Positions 11,946 to 27,039 of a stretch of DNA of 64,000 nucleotides are shown piece by piece. The stretch is from Macrostomum lignano. Lineage: Eukaryota. The notes under the pieces were generated by a model that worked only from the letters and a program-made list of their open reading frames with translations, had not been told where the DNA came from and did no database searches. The stretch is from NCBI GenBank assembly GCA_002269645.1, contig NIVC01003045.1, positions 1-64,000 on the forward strand, read 5' to 3'. Each line of letters opens with the position of its first letter. Positions within the stretch are counted from its first letter, which is position 1. A program made the translations under genes and the position numbers.

Positions 11946-12571
11946 TGTGAAGTTTCGGGATTGTGAAGTTTCGGGATTGTGAAGTTTCAGGATTACGAAG
12001 TTTCGGGATTAAGAAAATGGGTATTTAAAGCTTGGGTATTCAGAGCTTGAGTAGGCTAGAGCTGGAGTAGTTACAACCTAGTCAACCATTACGGTCTCAG
12101 TTTAGGTTTCAGGCGCAGAGGTCAGATTGGGGGCACAAGTGTACCTACAGAAATTGTCAATCGTAAATTATTCTATTCTGAAACAGTCACTGGGTGGTGG
12201 CACAATACAAATCAACTCTGATGGGTTTTATTGCTAATCAAGCCAGCCAGTCCTGTGGGCCCCCCATTCGCCTATCGATATCTCTGTAGTCAGGTGGGTG
12301 CTGTTTCGGTTGACAATTGAAATTCCGCGCGTTGGCAACAAGGGCTTGTAAATCATGGCTGAGCAACCGAGCCAACATTTATATAGCGGCTGAAAGAATT
12401 CTGCCTGTGCGGATGGCTAACTTCGGCGGCAATAGGAACTGCAGGCTCGCTTCAGTGGAGGTGTCGGCTTGGAGACTAAATACACACCTGGGTCATTGAA
12501 CCCCCATAGATCGATGCGACATGACTACTGCTGTGCCTAACGTCATTTAAACTCGCGGTAGATAAATACAT

Positions 12572-13011
<440 letters not shown>

Positions 13012-13496
13012 GTAGTGCCGAGACTGATTGGCTGGGCAGCTATACGCATGCGCGGTCACCCCAGCCTCTATCGCTGCTGCCGGCGCTGCACCCCCTTCTC
13101 ACTGCCAAGTCATGGATGGAAGACATCTTTGCACTTGTCCCAGAAGTCAGGCCATGCAATTTGCTCCCCATTTTCCCCTCCTCGCCCCTTGGGAGGCAGC
13201 GGGTATCCCCAACTGACCGACAGAGCGCTTGTAAATTTATTTATAAGCGGAGTGAGATTTCGTATACTCCCTTAGGCTTTTAGGAAATGAGAGATTTTAT
13301 TTCGCAATTGAATTCCAGAGGGACACAGTGGCTTGCTGGTGTGAGCTGTGAACTGGGGCGGCAAAGGGAGGGTTGGTCTTCTGAATGCCTCTAGCTCCAT
13401 CCTCTGACCCTCAGGGAGTGACAATAGGGACAGGGAGTGACAGTGACAGTAGTAGTGACAGTACTCTCAGTCTGCCGAGAGCTCCCATGACTAGAC

Positions 13497-13887
13497 CTGA
13501 GGGAGTGACATTCTCCTGAGGGAGTGACATTCTCCTGAGGGAGTGACATTCTCCTGAGGGAGTGACATTCTCCTGAGGGAGTGACATTCTCCTGAGGGAG
13601 TGACATTCTCCTGAGGGAGTGACATTCTCCTGAGGGAGTGACATTCTCCTGAGGGAGTGACATTCTCCTGAGGGAGTGACATTCTCCTGAGGGAGTGACA
13701 TTCTCCTGAGGGAGTGACATTCTCCTGAGGGAGTGACATTCTCCTGAGGGAGTGACATTCTCCTGAGGGAGTGACATTCTCCTGAGGGAGTGACATTCTC
13801 CTGAGGGAGTGACATTCTCCTCATTCTCCTGAGGGAGTGACATTCTCCTGAGGGAGTGACATTCTCCTGAGGGAGTGACATTCTCCT
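13497..13887. repeat. 19-bp minisatellite (~20 units)
   Basis: Unit ctgagggagtgacattctc. Confidence 0.95.
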
Positions 13888-14340
13888 AAAATTGCTCCTA
13901 TAGAAGCAGGCTAGCAAGATATGAAGCCATAGAGAGTCTTGCTAGGGGCGCAAAAGCAGCTGGATTCGCCGACTTGCTTCTATTTTTATTATTGCCGGCT
14001 TTTTAGGCTCACATTTTACTGGCCGCCGCTGCTTCCGGCGCTACTGACAATCCGACAAACCTCTTGGAACATTCTCTACACTTGCAGCAAATCTTCTTTT
14101 CTTCATAGCCAAACAGACAGGGGCGGGCGCTGCCCCTTGTTATGCCCGAGACGGGAGGCCTCCCCTCTGCTTTATGGCTCAGCGCCGCGATACAGCGAGT
14201 GGTTGGGGGAGCGGAGCGCCATAAACTCGGATCATTTCAAATTCCTCCTGCATTTTTCCTTTTTTCGCGCTTCTTTTTTTCTTTTTGGGCATTTGCTTTT
14301 AGTCTGCTTGTCTGTTCTCCTGTCTGCCTGCCTGTCATTC

Positions 14341-14680
<340 letters not shown>

Positions 14681-15809
14681 CTCTCTAACTTCCTTTTGTT
14701 AATCTTTTCCCTCTTCTCGCAAGTAAAAAGCAGCATCTAAAACAGCAAGCACAATTAATCAAAGCAATCGCTCACCTGTTCACTCAGAGATGGTGTCAGT
14801 CAGTAAGCTTCAGTAAGGACAGACTGCTTGCAGTTTGTTGCAAGAAACTTTGCTCGGGAAATCTGCGACAAAAGATGGTAGTGTAGTCACTTGAATTAGC
14901 AGATGCTCCGTAACGCTGCCCCTCATGGTGCAGTCATTCCTACAACTGGGACAGGCAGAGCTAATTTAACTCTAAATTTATCTGTTATACACAAGCTGCT
15001 GCTGCTGCTGATGTGTGGGTGTTTTTACACAGAAAACAATACCTTAGTTGAGCATAAGCAAGCAGTTGGGAAGCGGGCATCAAGATATCCAATATAGCGC
15101 TAGAAACAGTCTGCTTGGGAAAGTGGGAAGGGCAGAGGCACAGGGGAGCGGGGGAGAATGAGGTGGGGCTTAGCCAATTGGAGAGTTAAAAAACTTCGGG
15201 TTAGGGTTGTGCAAGGCTAGACAATGAATGAGCAAGCAGCAGCATGCGTATACGCCCGTCCTTTGATCTTTGCCGCCACATTCTGGCATGCAGAGGGCCA
15301 GAAGGGTGTGATTGCGCCCGTCCGTGCACCCATATTGGAGCGGGCAAAGTGTAAAACATTGCACTGCCCAACTGGTTAAACCTACGAGCTAACAACCCTC
15401 CAAAAAGCCTACTAGAATTACTAGTACTACTCGCTATTATACTACTGTAGGGATAGGCCTGCAGCAGCTGGTGGTGCTGGCCACCCACACCCATAGGCAA
15501 ACCCAGTTTACTGCAGTCGAAGCTCACCCACCATGTAACTTGTAATAAAACAACTAAACATGACCCACAGAGTAAATTCATTGCTATTTTTTCGATATTT
15601 TAGATTTTCTATGATCGCTCAGACTGCATTAATTTGGCACGGGAAACCATCTTGATGTTTGGTCTCACACCTGCTCCCCCCCTGAATTCGCACATCATTT
15701 GCTCCTGAGAGCTCAGGTTTACAACTTAGAATTATCCTAATAATGAGTATAGTTTTCTACAGTCGGGAATGAAATTCGCGCTAATGTTTTACACTCATTT
15801 TAGCACTCA

Positions 15810-16438
15810 TTTCTGGCACCAACTCAACACTTTTTTATGGCGCCAATTTAGCACTTATTTCTGGCGCCAATTTAACGCCCAATTCTGGCGCCAATTTAAC
15901 ACACATATCTGGCGCCAATTTAGCACTCATTTCCGACGCCAATTTAGCGCCCAATTCTGGCGCCAATTTAACGCCCAATTCTGGCGCCAATTTAACACAC
16001 GTTTCTGGCGCCAATTCAACACTCATTTCTGGCACCAATTCAACACTCATTTCTGGCACCAATTCAACACTCATTTCTGGCACCAATTCAACACTCATTT
16101 CTGGCACCAATTCAACACTCATTTCTGGCACCAATTCAACACTCATTTCTGGCACCAATTCAACACTCATTTCTGGCACCAATTCAACACTCATTTCTGG
16201 CACCAATTCAACACTCATTTCTGGCACCAATTCAACACTCATTTCTGGCACCAATTCAACACTCATTTCTGGCACCAATTCAACACTCATTTCTGGCACC
16301 AATTCAACACTCATTTCTGGCACCAATTCAACACTCATTTCTGGCACCAATTCAACACTCATTTCTGGCACCAATTCAACACTCATTTCTGGCACCAATT
16401 CAACACTCATTTCTGGCACCAATTCAACACTCATTTCT
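15810..16438. repeat. 24-bp minisatellite (~26 units; diverged at left, homogeneous at right)
   Basis: Unit tctggcaccaattcaacactcatt. Confidence 0.95.
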
Positions 16439-17689
16439 GCCAATTTCGCAACTTTCGAAAAGTCTATCTATAGGACAGAGCATCTGCCATCGTAGCGGTG
16501 TCCATCGGTATGCACTCGCGATGCAGCTGCAAGCAGCTGGGGAAAAGAAGATTGTCCATCTGCTTCTGCGGCTGCATGGATGCATGCGGGGAACAGAGAT
16601 TTTCTTAGGATCCCAGATCCCGGCCCCAGAGTTGGAATATCTATCTTTCATCTGGGCCCCTCCAACAATAAGAGGCTGCATGGACAACTAAACTAGATTT
16701 GTTGGCTGGTTTGAAACATTTTCATGTCGCCTTTGAAAACCTGTTAGTCCTGTGATCCCCTATTCCTCTTGAGTGTTTGAATTCGTTAAGAAACTTATTA
16801 GAAAATGACGCACCTCATGCGGCATTATATGACAGAAAATCGAAGACTTTGGGTATAGTTCATAACTTCTTTTGGAACTGAGAGATGCCATTTTGATCTG
16901 AAAGGTGTCATTTCAGGTCTTGAGAGGTGCCATTTTTGGCTCTGGAAGTACCATTTCAACCTGAGATGCCATTTTAGATCTGAGTGGTGCCATCTGAGAA
17001 TTGTCTGCGCGTTTGTGTCCTTGCCGTGTTTGCGCGCTTATGTCAAATATTGTAAAAACATACACATGCTATTCTATAGTCTATCTCAGCTGAACTGCGT
17101 TAATTCGCACTCTGTCACACTTCATTCATCAAGCAGCAACTCCGTCTGCAGAGAGGGGAGGCCATGAATATGGATGCCAAGGTCTTGCGAGCTTGAAGTT
17201 TTGTTTAAACAAAAACTCGCGCTTACACGAACCAGTGCGCAAGTTGCGCTCCCGCTAAATATGAAGAGGCCTTATTCACAGATGCGGATTGAGAGTGCGC
17301 AGATTATGAAATCAGCAGCTTCACATGCAACTGCGGGTTAGACACGTGGTTATATTGTCAACAAAAAACTTGCAAAACTGATCTGAAATTGGGATTTTTA
17401 TACGGGGGCCCTCTTCACTTGATCCTGTTCTCCCATATAAATAGGCCAAATCTTGATCGCTTTGTTGAATTTAGTTTGCCAGGGTTTATGGCACCTCACA
17501 TGGCAACTAATTATAACAATGCTGCTATATACTGCTGCTGCACTGACTTTGATTCTGGTCTGCTGCTGCTGCTGCAGTTAAAGGTAACTATGCAGTTATC
17601 TGCTGTGCGAATCTTGACCTGCTTTTTGTACATGCCGGTTAAAATACTTGAACAGAATAAAGAACCCAATGCCGACCTTCCACTTGAGT

Positions 17690-17830
17690 CTCTGACGCTT
17701 AACCTCAATGGTTGTTGCCTGAATCTCTGACGCTTAACCCCAGTGGTTGTTGCTTAAGTCTCTGACGCTTAACACCAATGGTTGATGCCTGAATCTCTGA
17801 CGCTTAACCCCAATGGTTGTTGCCTGAATC
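17690..17830. repeat. Short ~36-bp tandem repeat (~4 units)
   Basis: Unit tctctgacgcttaaccccaatggttgttgcctgaa. Confidence 0.8.
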
Positions 17831-19839
17831 AGTCTTTACCACAATTACCCACAAGGGGCGACTCCAGTGGTCAGCTGCCCTCCCCATACCGGAGAAATTG
17901 GGGGAGGTCATGACACTCTATAGCTCGGAACAATGAACTTAACCCCTATTTTTACAAGGAGGGGGGCGGGTGGGGGCATCTGACCCCCCAGAATTAAAGC
18001 TAAGCAATAATCTCAAATGTCAGGAGGGGGCAGCTGCCCCCCCCCCTGTTTCTGCTGTGCCTGCGTACGCACTAGCGGGCACCCAATTCCTGGAAATCTC
18101 GCAGAGATTTGAAAGACGACGCTGACAATAAAAAATGCCCAACATTTCCAGACCGCACCTCCGTTTGAGTAAAGCTGGCCGCATGCCCGTGGGGGAAGTG
18201 GGGAAGAATCTAATAGGGGATCTAACAACTCCCCCAAAACGGTCAAGGCGCGTTGATCCATTCTTCCTAATAATATTCTTCCCTTTATTTCCTTCTCGAT
18301 TCTTCGGCTCTGCTTCCTCTTTTTGCCCATATTCCCCATTGCCCGGTCGTAAAAATCTCTTATATATTTAGGCATATTTAGGCTGTTGTATGGGGGCGGG
18401 CGAATGAATGGGCGCGGTCGGTTTGGGGAAATGAGAAGAAGGCGGCATGGGAGATAAGCTCAAAGATTTAGAGAGAGAGAGAGAGAGAGCTACAGAGCCG
18501 GCTCCGCCGACAAAGCATTATGAAAAAGGAAATGCGTGGAAAGCTGAGATGCAGCTTGAGTGCTCTGCAGCTACTGTCAATGGAAGATTCTGCAGTTCAT
18601 TCCATGCAGATGCAGCCTTCTCTGTGGTCCAAGTCTAATATGTGAGGATAAGGGATAATTAAACCAAATGGCCAGAGGAGGCGGGAGGGAAGAGATTGGG
18701 GCAGAGAGGCTGCTCGAATGCAGATTAAAGCTCGGCGAGGGTTGAGCAGTGTGGGCGACTCCATCTCCATTTCTTGCTTCCTTGCAGAGCGATAAGGAAA
18801 TTCGAATAGCAACTGCAGGACGGCAAGCAGGCTGTCAGACTCACGGCCCACCCGCGCGTTAATTGCATTCGTGTGCGGAGACAAAATATGCTTTATGACA
18901 CCAGCAATTATCTCTCATCTCTCTCGGCCCCTCTCACGTGGCGCATTCTCCGCTGCACCTCCTTCCCTCCATCAGCGTCCCGTGTTGACAATAGCAACCA
19001 ACAGTAAAATCCCGAGCAACGCTAAGTGGCCGAAGATTTACTGTTTCTGCCTGACTGACCGCTCTAGCGAATACGCCAGCGGATATCTATACTTAATCGA
19101 GGGGATCCGATGGGATATTGATAGCTAATTGCACCTTGCGCAAGGTGGCTTTTTTTGGTCTCCGAAACCCCCCTCAGAGGTCGCCGCCCCAGCAACTCGC
19201 TGGGTGGAATATATAGCAAGGCCATGCAGGCTTGCTATAGGGTAATAAAATTGCGCAATCAACCAGGACCTCCGCCCCAGCCGCCCGCCGCCGCCGCCCC
19301 ATCCGGAGCCAACCCTCGTGCGGTCCGCTCGATTTTTCGAATTTTTATGGGATCTAAAGGGGGGCTGCATTGTTGGTGCTGCAATATCTAACCAATATCT
19401 ATAACTCTCCCTGTCTCTCTCCCTAATGCTCGCTGGGCACGTGCCCTGAGATACCGCCTGCCTTTTTGCTTTGGCATTTTTATATCAAGGACGCTGAGTC
19501 GCTGACAGACACTGCTGGCGAGCTCGGTCGGGCGGCTATGGAATTGGTGAAACAGACAGCAATAAAAATGTCCCCCATTCGTCAGACTAATCGACAATGG
19601 CGGTACGGGGCCGAACTTGTGGGGGTGTATACTCAGTGTTCACTGCTCTGCTGCTCCCATGGATATTCAACCGCCTGCTCAATGCTGTCCTGAAGGACTC
19701 CTTGCTTTGCTCAATAGTTAAGTAAAATTCATGCATAATGTTTCACATCAGCTGTTTAGGTTCAGTTTTAAACTTTTGGTATCTTATTCGGCATCTAAAG
19801 ACTCAATAAACACTCGGTTTTTAAGCTATAAATGTTTAA

Positions 19840-22520
19840 CTAGGCATCTAAACACCCAGTTTTGTAGCTAAAATGTTCTACTCGGCATCTAAACACCCAG
19901 TTTTGTAGCTAAAATGTTCTACTCGGCATCTAAACACCCAGTTTTGTAGCTAAAATGTTCTACTCGGCATCTAAACACCCAGTTTTGTAGCTAAAATGTT
20001 CTACTCGGCATCTAAACACCCATGCAGTTTTGTAGCTAAAATGTTTAACTCGGCATCTAAACACCCAGTTTTGTAGCTAAAATGTTCTACTCGGCATCTA
20101 AACACCCAGTTTTGTAGCTAAAATGTTCTACTCGGCATCTAAACACCCAGTTTTGTAGCTAAAATGTTCTACTCGGCATCTAAACACCCAGTTTTGTAGC
20201 TAAAATGTTCTACTCGGCATCTAAACACCCATGCAGTTTTGTAGCTAAAATGTTTAACTCGGCATCTAAACACCCAGTTTTGTAGCTAAAATGTTCTACT
20301 CGGCATCTAAACACCCAGTTTTGTAGCTAAAATGTTCTACTCGGCATCTAAACACCCAGTTTTGTAGCTAAAATGTTTAACTCGGCATCTAAACACCCAG
20401 TTTTGTAGCTAAAATGTTCTACTCGGCATCTAAACACCCAGTTTTGTAGCTAAAATGTTCTACTCGGCATCTAAACACCCAGTTTTGTAGCTAAAATGTT
20501 CTACTCGGCATCTAAACACCCAGTTTTGTAGCTAAAATGTTCTACTCGGCATCTAAACACCCAGTATTGTAGCTAAAATGTTTAACTCGGCATCTAAACA
20601 CCCAGTTTTGTAGCTAAAATGTTTAACTCGGCATCTAAACACCCAGTTTTGTAGCTAAAATGTTCTACTCGGCATCTAAACACCCAGTATTGTAGCTAAA
20701 ATGTTTAACTCGGCATCTAAACACCCAGTTTTGTAGCTAAAATGTTTAACTCGGCATCTAAACACCCAGTTTTGTAGCTAAAATGTTCTACTCGGCATCT
20801 AAACACCCAGTTTTGTAGCTAAAATGTTTAACTCGGCATCTAAACACCCAGTTTTGTAGCTAAAATGTTCTACTCGGCATCTAAACACCCAGTTTTGTAG
20901 CCAAAATGTTTAACTCGGCATTTAAACACCCAGTTTTGTAGCTAAAATGTTTAACTCGCATCTAAACACCCAGTTTTGTAGCTAAAATGTTCTACTCGGC
21001 ATCTAAACACCCAGTTTTGTAGCTAAAATGTTTAACTCGGCATCTAAACACCCAGTTTTGTAGCTAAAATGTTTAACTCGTCATCTAAACACTCAGTTTT
21101 GTAGCTAAAATGTTTAACTCGGCATCTAAACACCCAGTTTTGTAGCTAAAATGTTCTACTCGGCATCTAAACACCCAGTTTTGTAGCTAAAATGTTCTAC
21201 TCGGCATCTAAACACCCAGTTTTGTAGCTAAAATGTTCTACTCGGCATCTAAACACCCAGTTTTGTAGCTAAAATGTTCTACTCGGCATCTAAACACCCA
21301 GTTTTGTAGCTAAAATGTTCTACTCGGCATCTAAACACCCAGTTTTGTAGCTAAAATGTTCTACTCGGCATCTAAACACCCAGTATTGTAGCTAAAATGT
21401 TTAACTCGGCATCTAAACACCCAGTTTTGTAGCTAAAATGTTTAACTCGGCATCTAAACACCCAGTTTTGTAGCTAAAATGTTCTACTCGGCATCTAAAC
21501 ACCCAGTATTGTAGCTAAAATGTTTAACTCGGCATCTAAACACCCAGTTTTGTAGCTAAAATGTTTAACTCGGCATCTAAACACCCAGTTTTGTAGCTAA
21601 AATGTTTAACTCGGCATCTAAACACCCAGTTTTGTAGCTAAAATGTTCTACTCGGCATCTAAACACCCAGTTTTGTAGCTAAAATGTTTAACTCGGCATC
21701 TAAACACCCAGTTTTGTAGCTAAAATGTTCTACTCGGCATCTAAACACCCAGTTTTGTAGCTAAAATGTTCTACTCGGCATCTAAACACCCAGTTTTGTA
21801 GCTAAAATGTTTAACTCGCATCTAAACACCCAGTTTTGTAGCTAAAATGTTCTACTCGGCATCTAAACACCCAGTTTTGTAGCTAAAATGTTTAACTCGG
21901 CATCTAAACACCCAGTTTTGTAGCTAAAATGTTTAACTCGTCATCTAAACACTCAGTTTTGTAGCTAAAATGTTTAACTCGGCATCTAAACACCCAGTTT
22001 TGTAGCTAAAATGTTCTACTCGGCATCTAAACACCCAGTTTTGTAGCTAAAATGTTCTACTCGGCATCTAAACACCCAGTTTTGTAGCTAAAATGTTTAA
22101 CTCGGCATCTAAACACCCAGTTTTGTAGCTAAAATGTTCTACTCGGCATCTAAACACCCAGTTTTGTAGCTAAAATGTTTAACTCGGCATTTAAACACCC
22201 AGTTTTGTAGCTAAAATGTTTAACTCGCATCTAAACACCCAGTTTTGTAGCTAAAATGTTCTACTCGGCATCTAAACACCCAGTTTTGTAGCTAAAATGT
22301 TTAACTCGGCATCTAAACACCCAGTTTTGTAGCTAAAATGTTCTACTCGGCATCTAAACACCCAGTTTTGTAGCTAAAATGTTTAACTCGGCATTTAAAC
22401 ACCCAGTTTTGTAGCTAAAATGTTTAACTCGGCATTTAAACACCCAGTTTTGTAGCTAAAATGTTTAACTCGCATCTAAACACTCAGTTTTGTAGCTAAA
22501 ATGTTTAATTTGAGCATCTA
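19840..22520. repeat. 41-bp satellite (~65 units)
   Basis: Unit actcggcatctaaacacccagttttgtagctaaaatgttct. Confidence 0.97.
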
Positions 22521-22844
22521 AACACCAAATATGGAGAAAATTGTGCAAATGTAGACACAGGTTATAAAACTAAAGTATTGGTATAGTACCGCCTGTTACT
22601 TGGGTGAAAAATATTTAGCAAAGATTGCGTAATACCGCGTGAGAAACATTCACTTTTCCTGCCTATATGTATGAAATAGGTGCGAAATTCTACAAATTTG
22701 CAACGTTAGTTCCAGGTCCAACCGTTTCCTGCCAGCAAAGTCGTTATAATAACGAAATTAATTACAAAATAATTACAAAACCTAATTTTGCTTTAAAAAT
22801 ATTTGAGCAAAAAGGAATGTTTGAAGCTATATAAATAATAGAAA

Positions 22845-24090
22845 GGGCGACACGGGGGAGAGGGAGACACGGTGGGAGAAGAAGACACGAGGAGAGAGGG
22901 AGACACGGGGAGAGAGGGAGACACGGGGAGAGAAGGAGACACGGGGAGAGAGGGAGACACGGTGGGAGAAGAAGACACGAGGAGAGAGGGAGACACGGGG
23001 AGAGAGGGAGACACGGTGGGAGAAGAAGACACGAGGAGAGAGGGAGACACGGGGAGAGAGGGAGACACGGGAGAGAAGGAGACACGGTGGGAGAAGGAGA
23101 CACGGTGGGAGAAGAAGACACGAGGAGAGAGGGAGACACGGGGAGAGAGGGAGACACGGGGAGAGAAGGAGACACGGTGGGAGAAGGAGACACGGTGGGA
23201 GAAGAAGACACGAGGAGAGAGGGAGACACGGGGAGAGAGGGAGACACGGTGGGAGAAGAAGACACGAGGAGAGAGGGAGACACGGGGAGAGAGGGAGACA
23301 CGGGGAGAGAAGGAGACACGGTGGGAGAAGGAGACACGGTGGGAGAAGAAGACACGAGGAGAGAGGGAGACACGGGGAGAGAGGGAGACACGGGGAGAGA
23401 AGGAGACACGGGGAGAGAGGGAGACACGGTGGGAGAAGAAGACACGAGGAGAGAGGGAGACACGGGGAGAGAGGGAGACACGGGGAGAGAGGGAGACACG
23501 GGGAGAGAAGGAGACACGGGGAGAGAGGGAGACACGGTGGGAGAAGAAGACACGAGGAGAGAGGGAGACACGGGGAGAGAGGGAGACACGGGGAGAGAAG
23601 GAGACACGGTGGGAGAAGGAGACACGGAGAGGGAAGGAGACACGGTGGGAGAAGGAGATACGAGGAGAGAGGGAGACACGGGGAGGGAAGGAGACACGGT
23701 GGGAGAAGGAGACACGGGGAGAGAAGGAGACAGTGGGAGAAGGAGATACGAGGAGAGAGGGAGACACGGGGAGGGAAGGAGACACGGTGGGAGAAGGAGA
23801 CACGGGGAGAGAAGGAGACACGGTGGGAGAAGGAGACACGGGGAGAGAAGGAGACAGTGGGAGAAGGAGATACGAGGAGAGAGGGAGACACGGGGAGGGA
23901 AGGAGACACGGTGGGAGAAGGAGACACGGGGAGAGAAGGAGACAGTGGGAGAAGGAGATACGAGGAGAGAGGGAGACACGGGGAGGGAAGGAGACACGGT
24001 GGGAGAAGGAGACACGGGGAGAGAAGGAGACAGTGGGGGAAGGAGATACGAGGAGCGAGGGAGACACGGTGGGAGAGGGAGACACGAGGG
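22845..24090. repeat. Purine-rich ~18-bp compound minisatellite
   Basis: Variants of ggagacacggggagagag / ggagacacggtgggagaa. Confidence 0.93.
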
Positions 24091-25938
24091 CGGCATCCGG
24101 CATGACAAGTAACAACCCAGAGGGAGTGCATATTTGTCAAAAGCAGTGTATAGTGTCAGTCCCAGCTGCCAATTAAGTCTAAAAGCTCTATCCCTCAACA
24201 GCAATTTCCGCTGCCCAACATCAACCTCAATTTCGCCCCCCTTAATTCCTTGTTAGCGCCGCCGCTTTTGTCGCCTTGCAGTATAGAATTTAACGACGAG
24301 GAATTATAATGGTGCTATAAATGGCGCGCAGTCTGCAGCGGCGGGCTTCAATTACAGTTCCTCAATCCGCTGCCCCTAACCCTTCCCTATTTTCATTGCA
24401 ATGGTCGCTTAAGCCTTGTTACCTTTTTTATGGGAGGCCTCTCCGCGCTTTAGGATGCCGTGAGTGGAGCGAGTGTGCCAGCAGTGCGTCGCGTCCGCTT
24501 ATAATAATGTATTGGCGCTGTGGGTTCCTCTCCCAGCCACCGCTTTTTTAATGAGAACTATATTGCCGGATTTTATGGAGTCCAACCCGCGGCTGAGAAG
24601 ATTATATAAAGGGGGCCTTGGGCGGAAAAGAGGGGAAAGCGGGTTTGGACCCTGGGAGGGGGGAGGGGGACACACTGGGGGAGGCCCTCCCAGCTTCCTT
24701 GGCCCTCTCCCTGCCTCTGGGGCATAGCAGCCAGTTGGAGCTGTCCCCGCTCAACGCAGGCCTCTCTCCATTGGCTGCACTCGATGCCCGCCTCGCCGCT
24801 CCGCCAGCCCCCGCCCTCCTCCCTCCTGTCTTTCCGCTCTGGCTGCCAGGGGGGGGGGAGGGTAGGCGGCCGGCGGTGTGACCCGCCTTCTTCTAAGCGC
24901 TAATCCCAGGCTGCCCACAGCCCCTTCCGCATATTGATCCAGGGGGGCTCTCGGTGAGATTTGCTCTCTTCTTTAATTTAGGCAAGGAGTAGAAACAGGC
25001 TTGCCCGGAAAAGTTGAGAGATCTATCCCGATCCCCCCCTGACCGGAGACTGGGCCATGGCCTCCTGAGACCAGTAAAAACATTTTTGGATTTTGTGCGG
25101 CTGCCTTGACTGACGGCTCGGGATGAGAGAGGAAGGCGGCGGCTGGCGAGGGGGTTGAGGGAGAGTCGAGCGGAGGCCGGTCGTAAAACCTTGGCCCCGG
25201 GAGCCATAAACCGGTATCCAGAGGTCTGATTACCATTTACCCCCCCTCCTCAACTCAGCCATTGCTCACTCTTTGCTGTGCTGGGTCTTCTACTCACTGT
25301 CTCTTGCGCGCTGTGCTCAAACCTATACTGAGACAGACAGTGAGAGACAGTATAGGTATAGGGGGCCGCGGGTGTGAGAACTGTCCTATATAGTGTCATA
25401 TTATAAAAGTTTTTATGTCGATTCTTCAACTCGGCCTTGCCCCAATTGTTTGTCTGTAAACCAAGGCTCGCCAGATTTTGTCCCATATAGACAGTAGATC
25501 TTGTGACTCCACCATCGAATATGATTAACATAAAATTATAGAAAATACATCTTTGCTTAATTCTTTCATCCAGAGAACTGAATGATTGAAGAAGTATTGA
25601 GAAGCGTCCAGTACATATTACTAAAGTTTTTTGTGCCAAGTTTTTTACAGCCACACACCATAGGATGTCGAATTTGCCATACAAACTTTTATTAGCGTTT
25701 ATGGCAGGGGCTACGAACAGTTTAGCATTAAATAAGCCTAATTAAAGGGTCCTACAGTTTGTGCATGCATCTAAAAAGGTGTTGCTCATTCATATGCCCG
25801 CGCCGTCTGCAGTCAGTGTGTTTATGATATGCGAGCTTCTCAATTAGACAAGAGCCGTTGGCCTGTAGCTTGAATAGAAATGATCAATCCCTGCAGCTAA
25901 GACGATGTTTTAGCAGGAGAAAAAGAATGCTGGAAAGT

Positions 25939-26390
25939 GTGGTGCTGGCGCCCCTGGTGCTGGCGCCCCTGGTGCTGGCGCCCCTGGTGCTGGCGCCCCT
26001 GGTGCTGGCGCCCCTGGTGCTGGCGCCCCTGGTGCTGGCGCCCCTGGTGCTGGCGCCCCTGGTGCTGGCGCCCCTGGTGCTGGCGCCCCTGGTGCTGGCG
26101 CCCCTGGTGCTGGCGCCCCTGGTGCTGGCGCCCCTGGTGCTGGCGCCCCTGGTGCTGGCGCCCCTGGTGCTGGCGCCCCTGGTGCTGGCGCCCCTGGTGC
26201 TGGCGCCCCTGGTGCTGGCGCCCCTGGTGCTGGCGCCCCTGGTGCTGGCGCCCCTGGTGCTGGCGCCCCTGGTGCTGGCGCCCCTGGTGCTGGCGCCCCT
26301 GGTGCTGGCGCCCCTGGTGCTGGCGCCCCTGGTGCTGGCGCCCCTGGTGCTGGCGCCCCTGGTGCTGGCGCCCCTGGTGCTGGCGCCCCT
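25939..26390. repeat. Perfect 15-bp minisatellite (~30 units)
   Basis: Unit ctggtgctggcgccc. Confidence 0.97.
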
Positions 26391-27039
26391 GCTGCTGAAG
26401 ACTGTCAGCTCAGATGAAATGTTATTTCCCATAGAATTACGAGTAAATACTTTCTATTTTTAATCTTTCTCTTACGAGTAAACCATCCATCCATCCACTT
26501 GGAAACAAACAATAATTCTTCACTTTATGCTAGTTCTCGGATGTTGCCTGCGCTTCGTGGCATGCACAAAAAACTGGGGCACTGCAGAAATATAAAAATA
26601 TGAAAACGCCGCATCCACCTACATTTGAAAGAAGCGGCGGCGGCGGCAGCTGACACAGTCGAGGCCGGCATTTGGTTGGAGTGGGGAGAGGAAGTTTTAT
26701 AGCTGGGCTGCTTGAAGCATTTGCTGGCACATGATGGCAGCTGATTCTGCAGGAGACATCAATAAAATATCAGGGATTAGCATGCATGTGGGGCGGCGGT
26801 GTCCGCAGCAAGTTTTATTGTACAGTTTCGAATGCTTTGCCCTCCTCATTTAGCATATTTTGCAGCTCCATGCAGAATTGAATTTCTGTTTCATATTTAG
26901 TTAGACGCATGCTTTATGACGGCATCCATCCATGTTGACTTGGCGTGCCGTCGCGCATGGCAACCCGCTACTCTTTGGACTCGAGCCGAAGCTTGAAATG
27001 CAGTTCCGGTGATTTATAATCGCTATGGATTTGCTCTGG

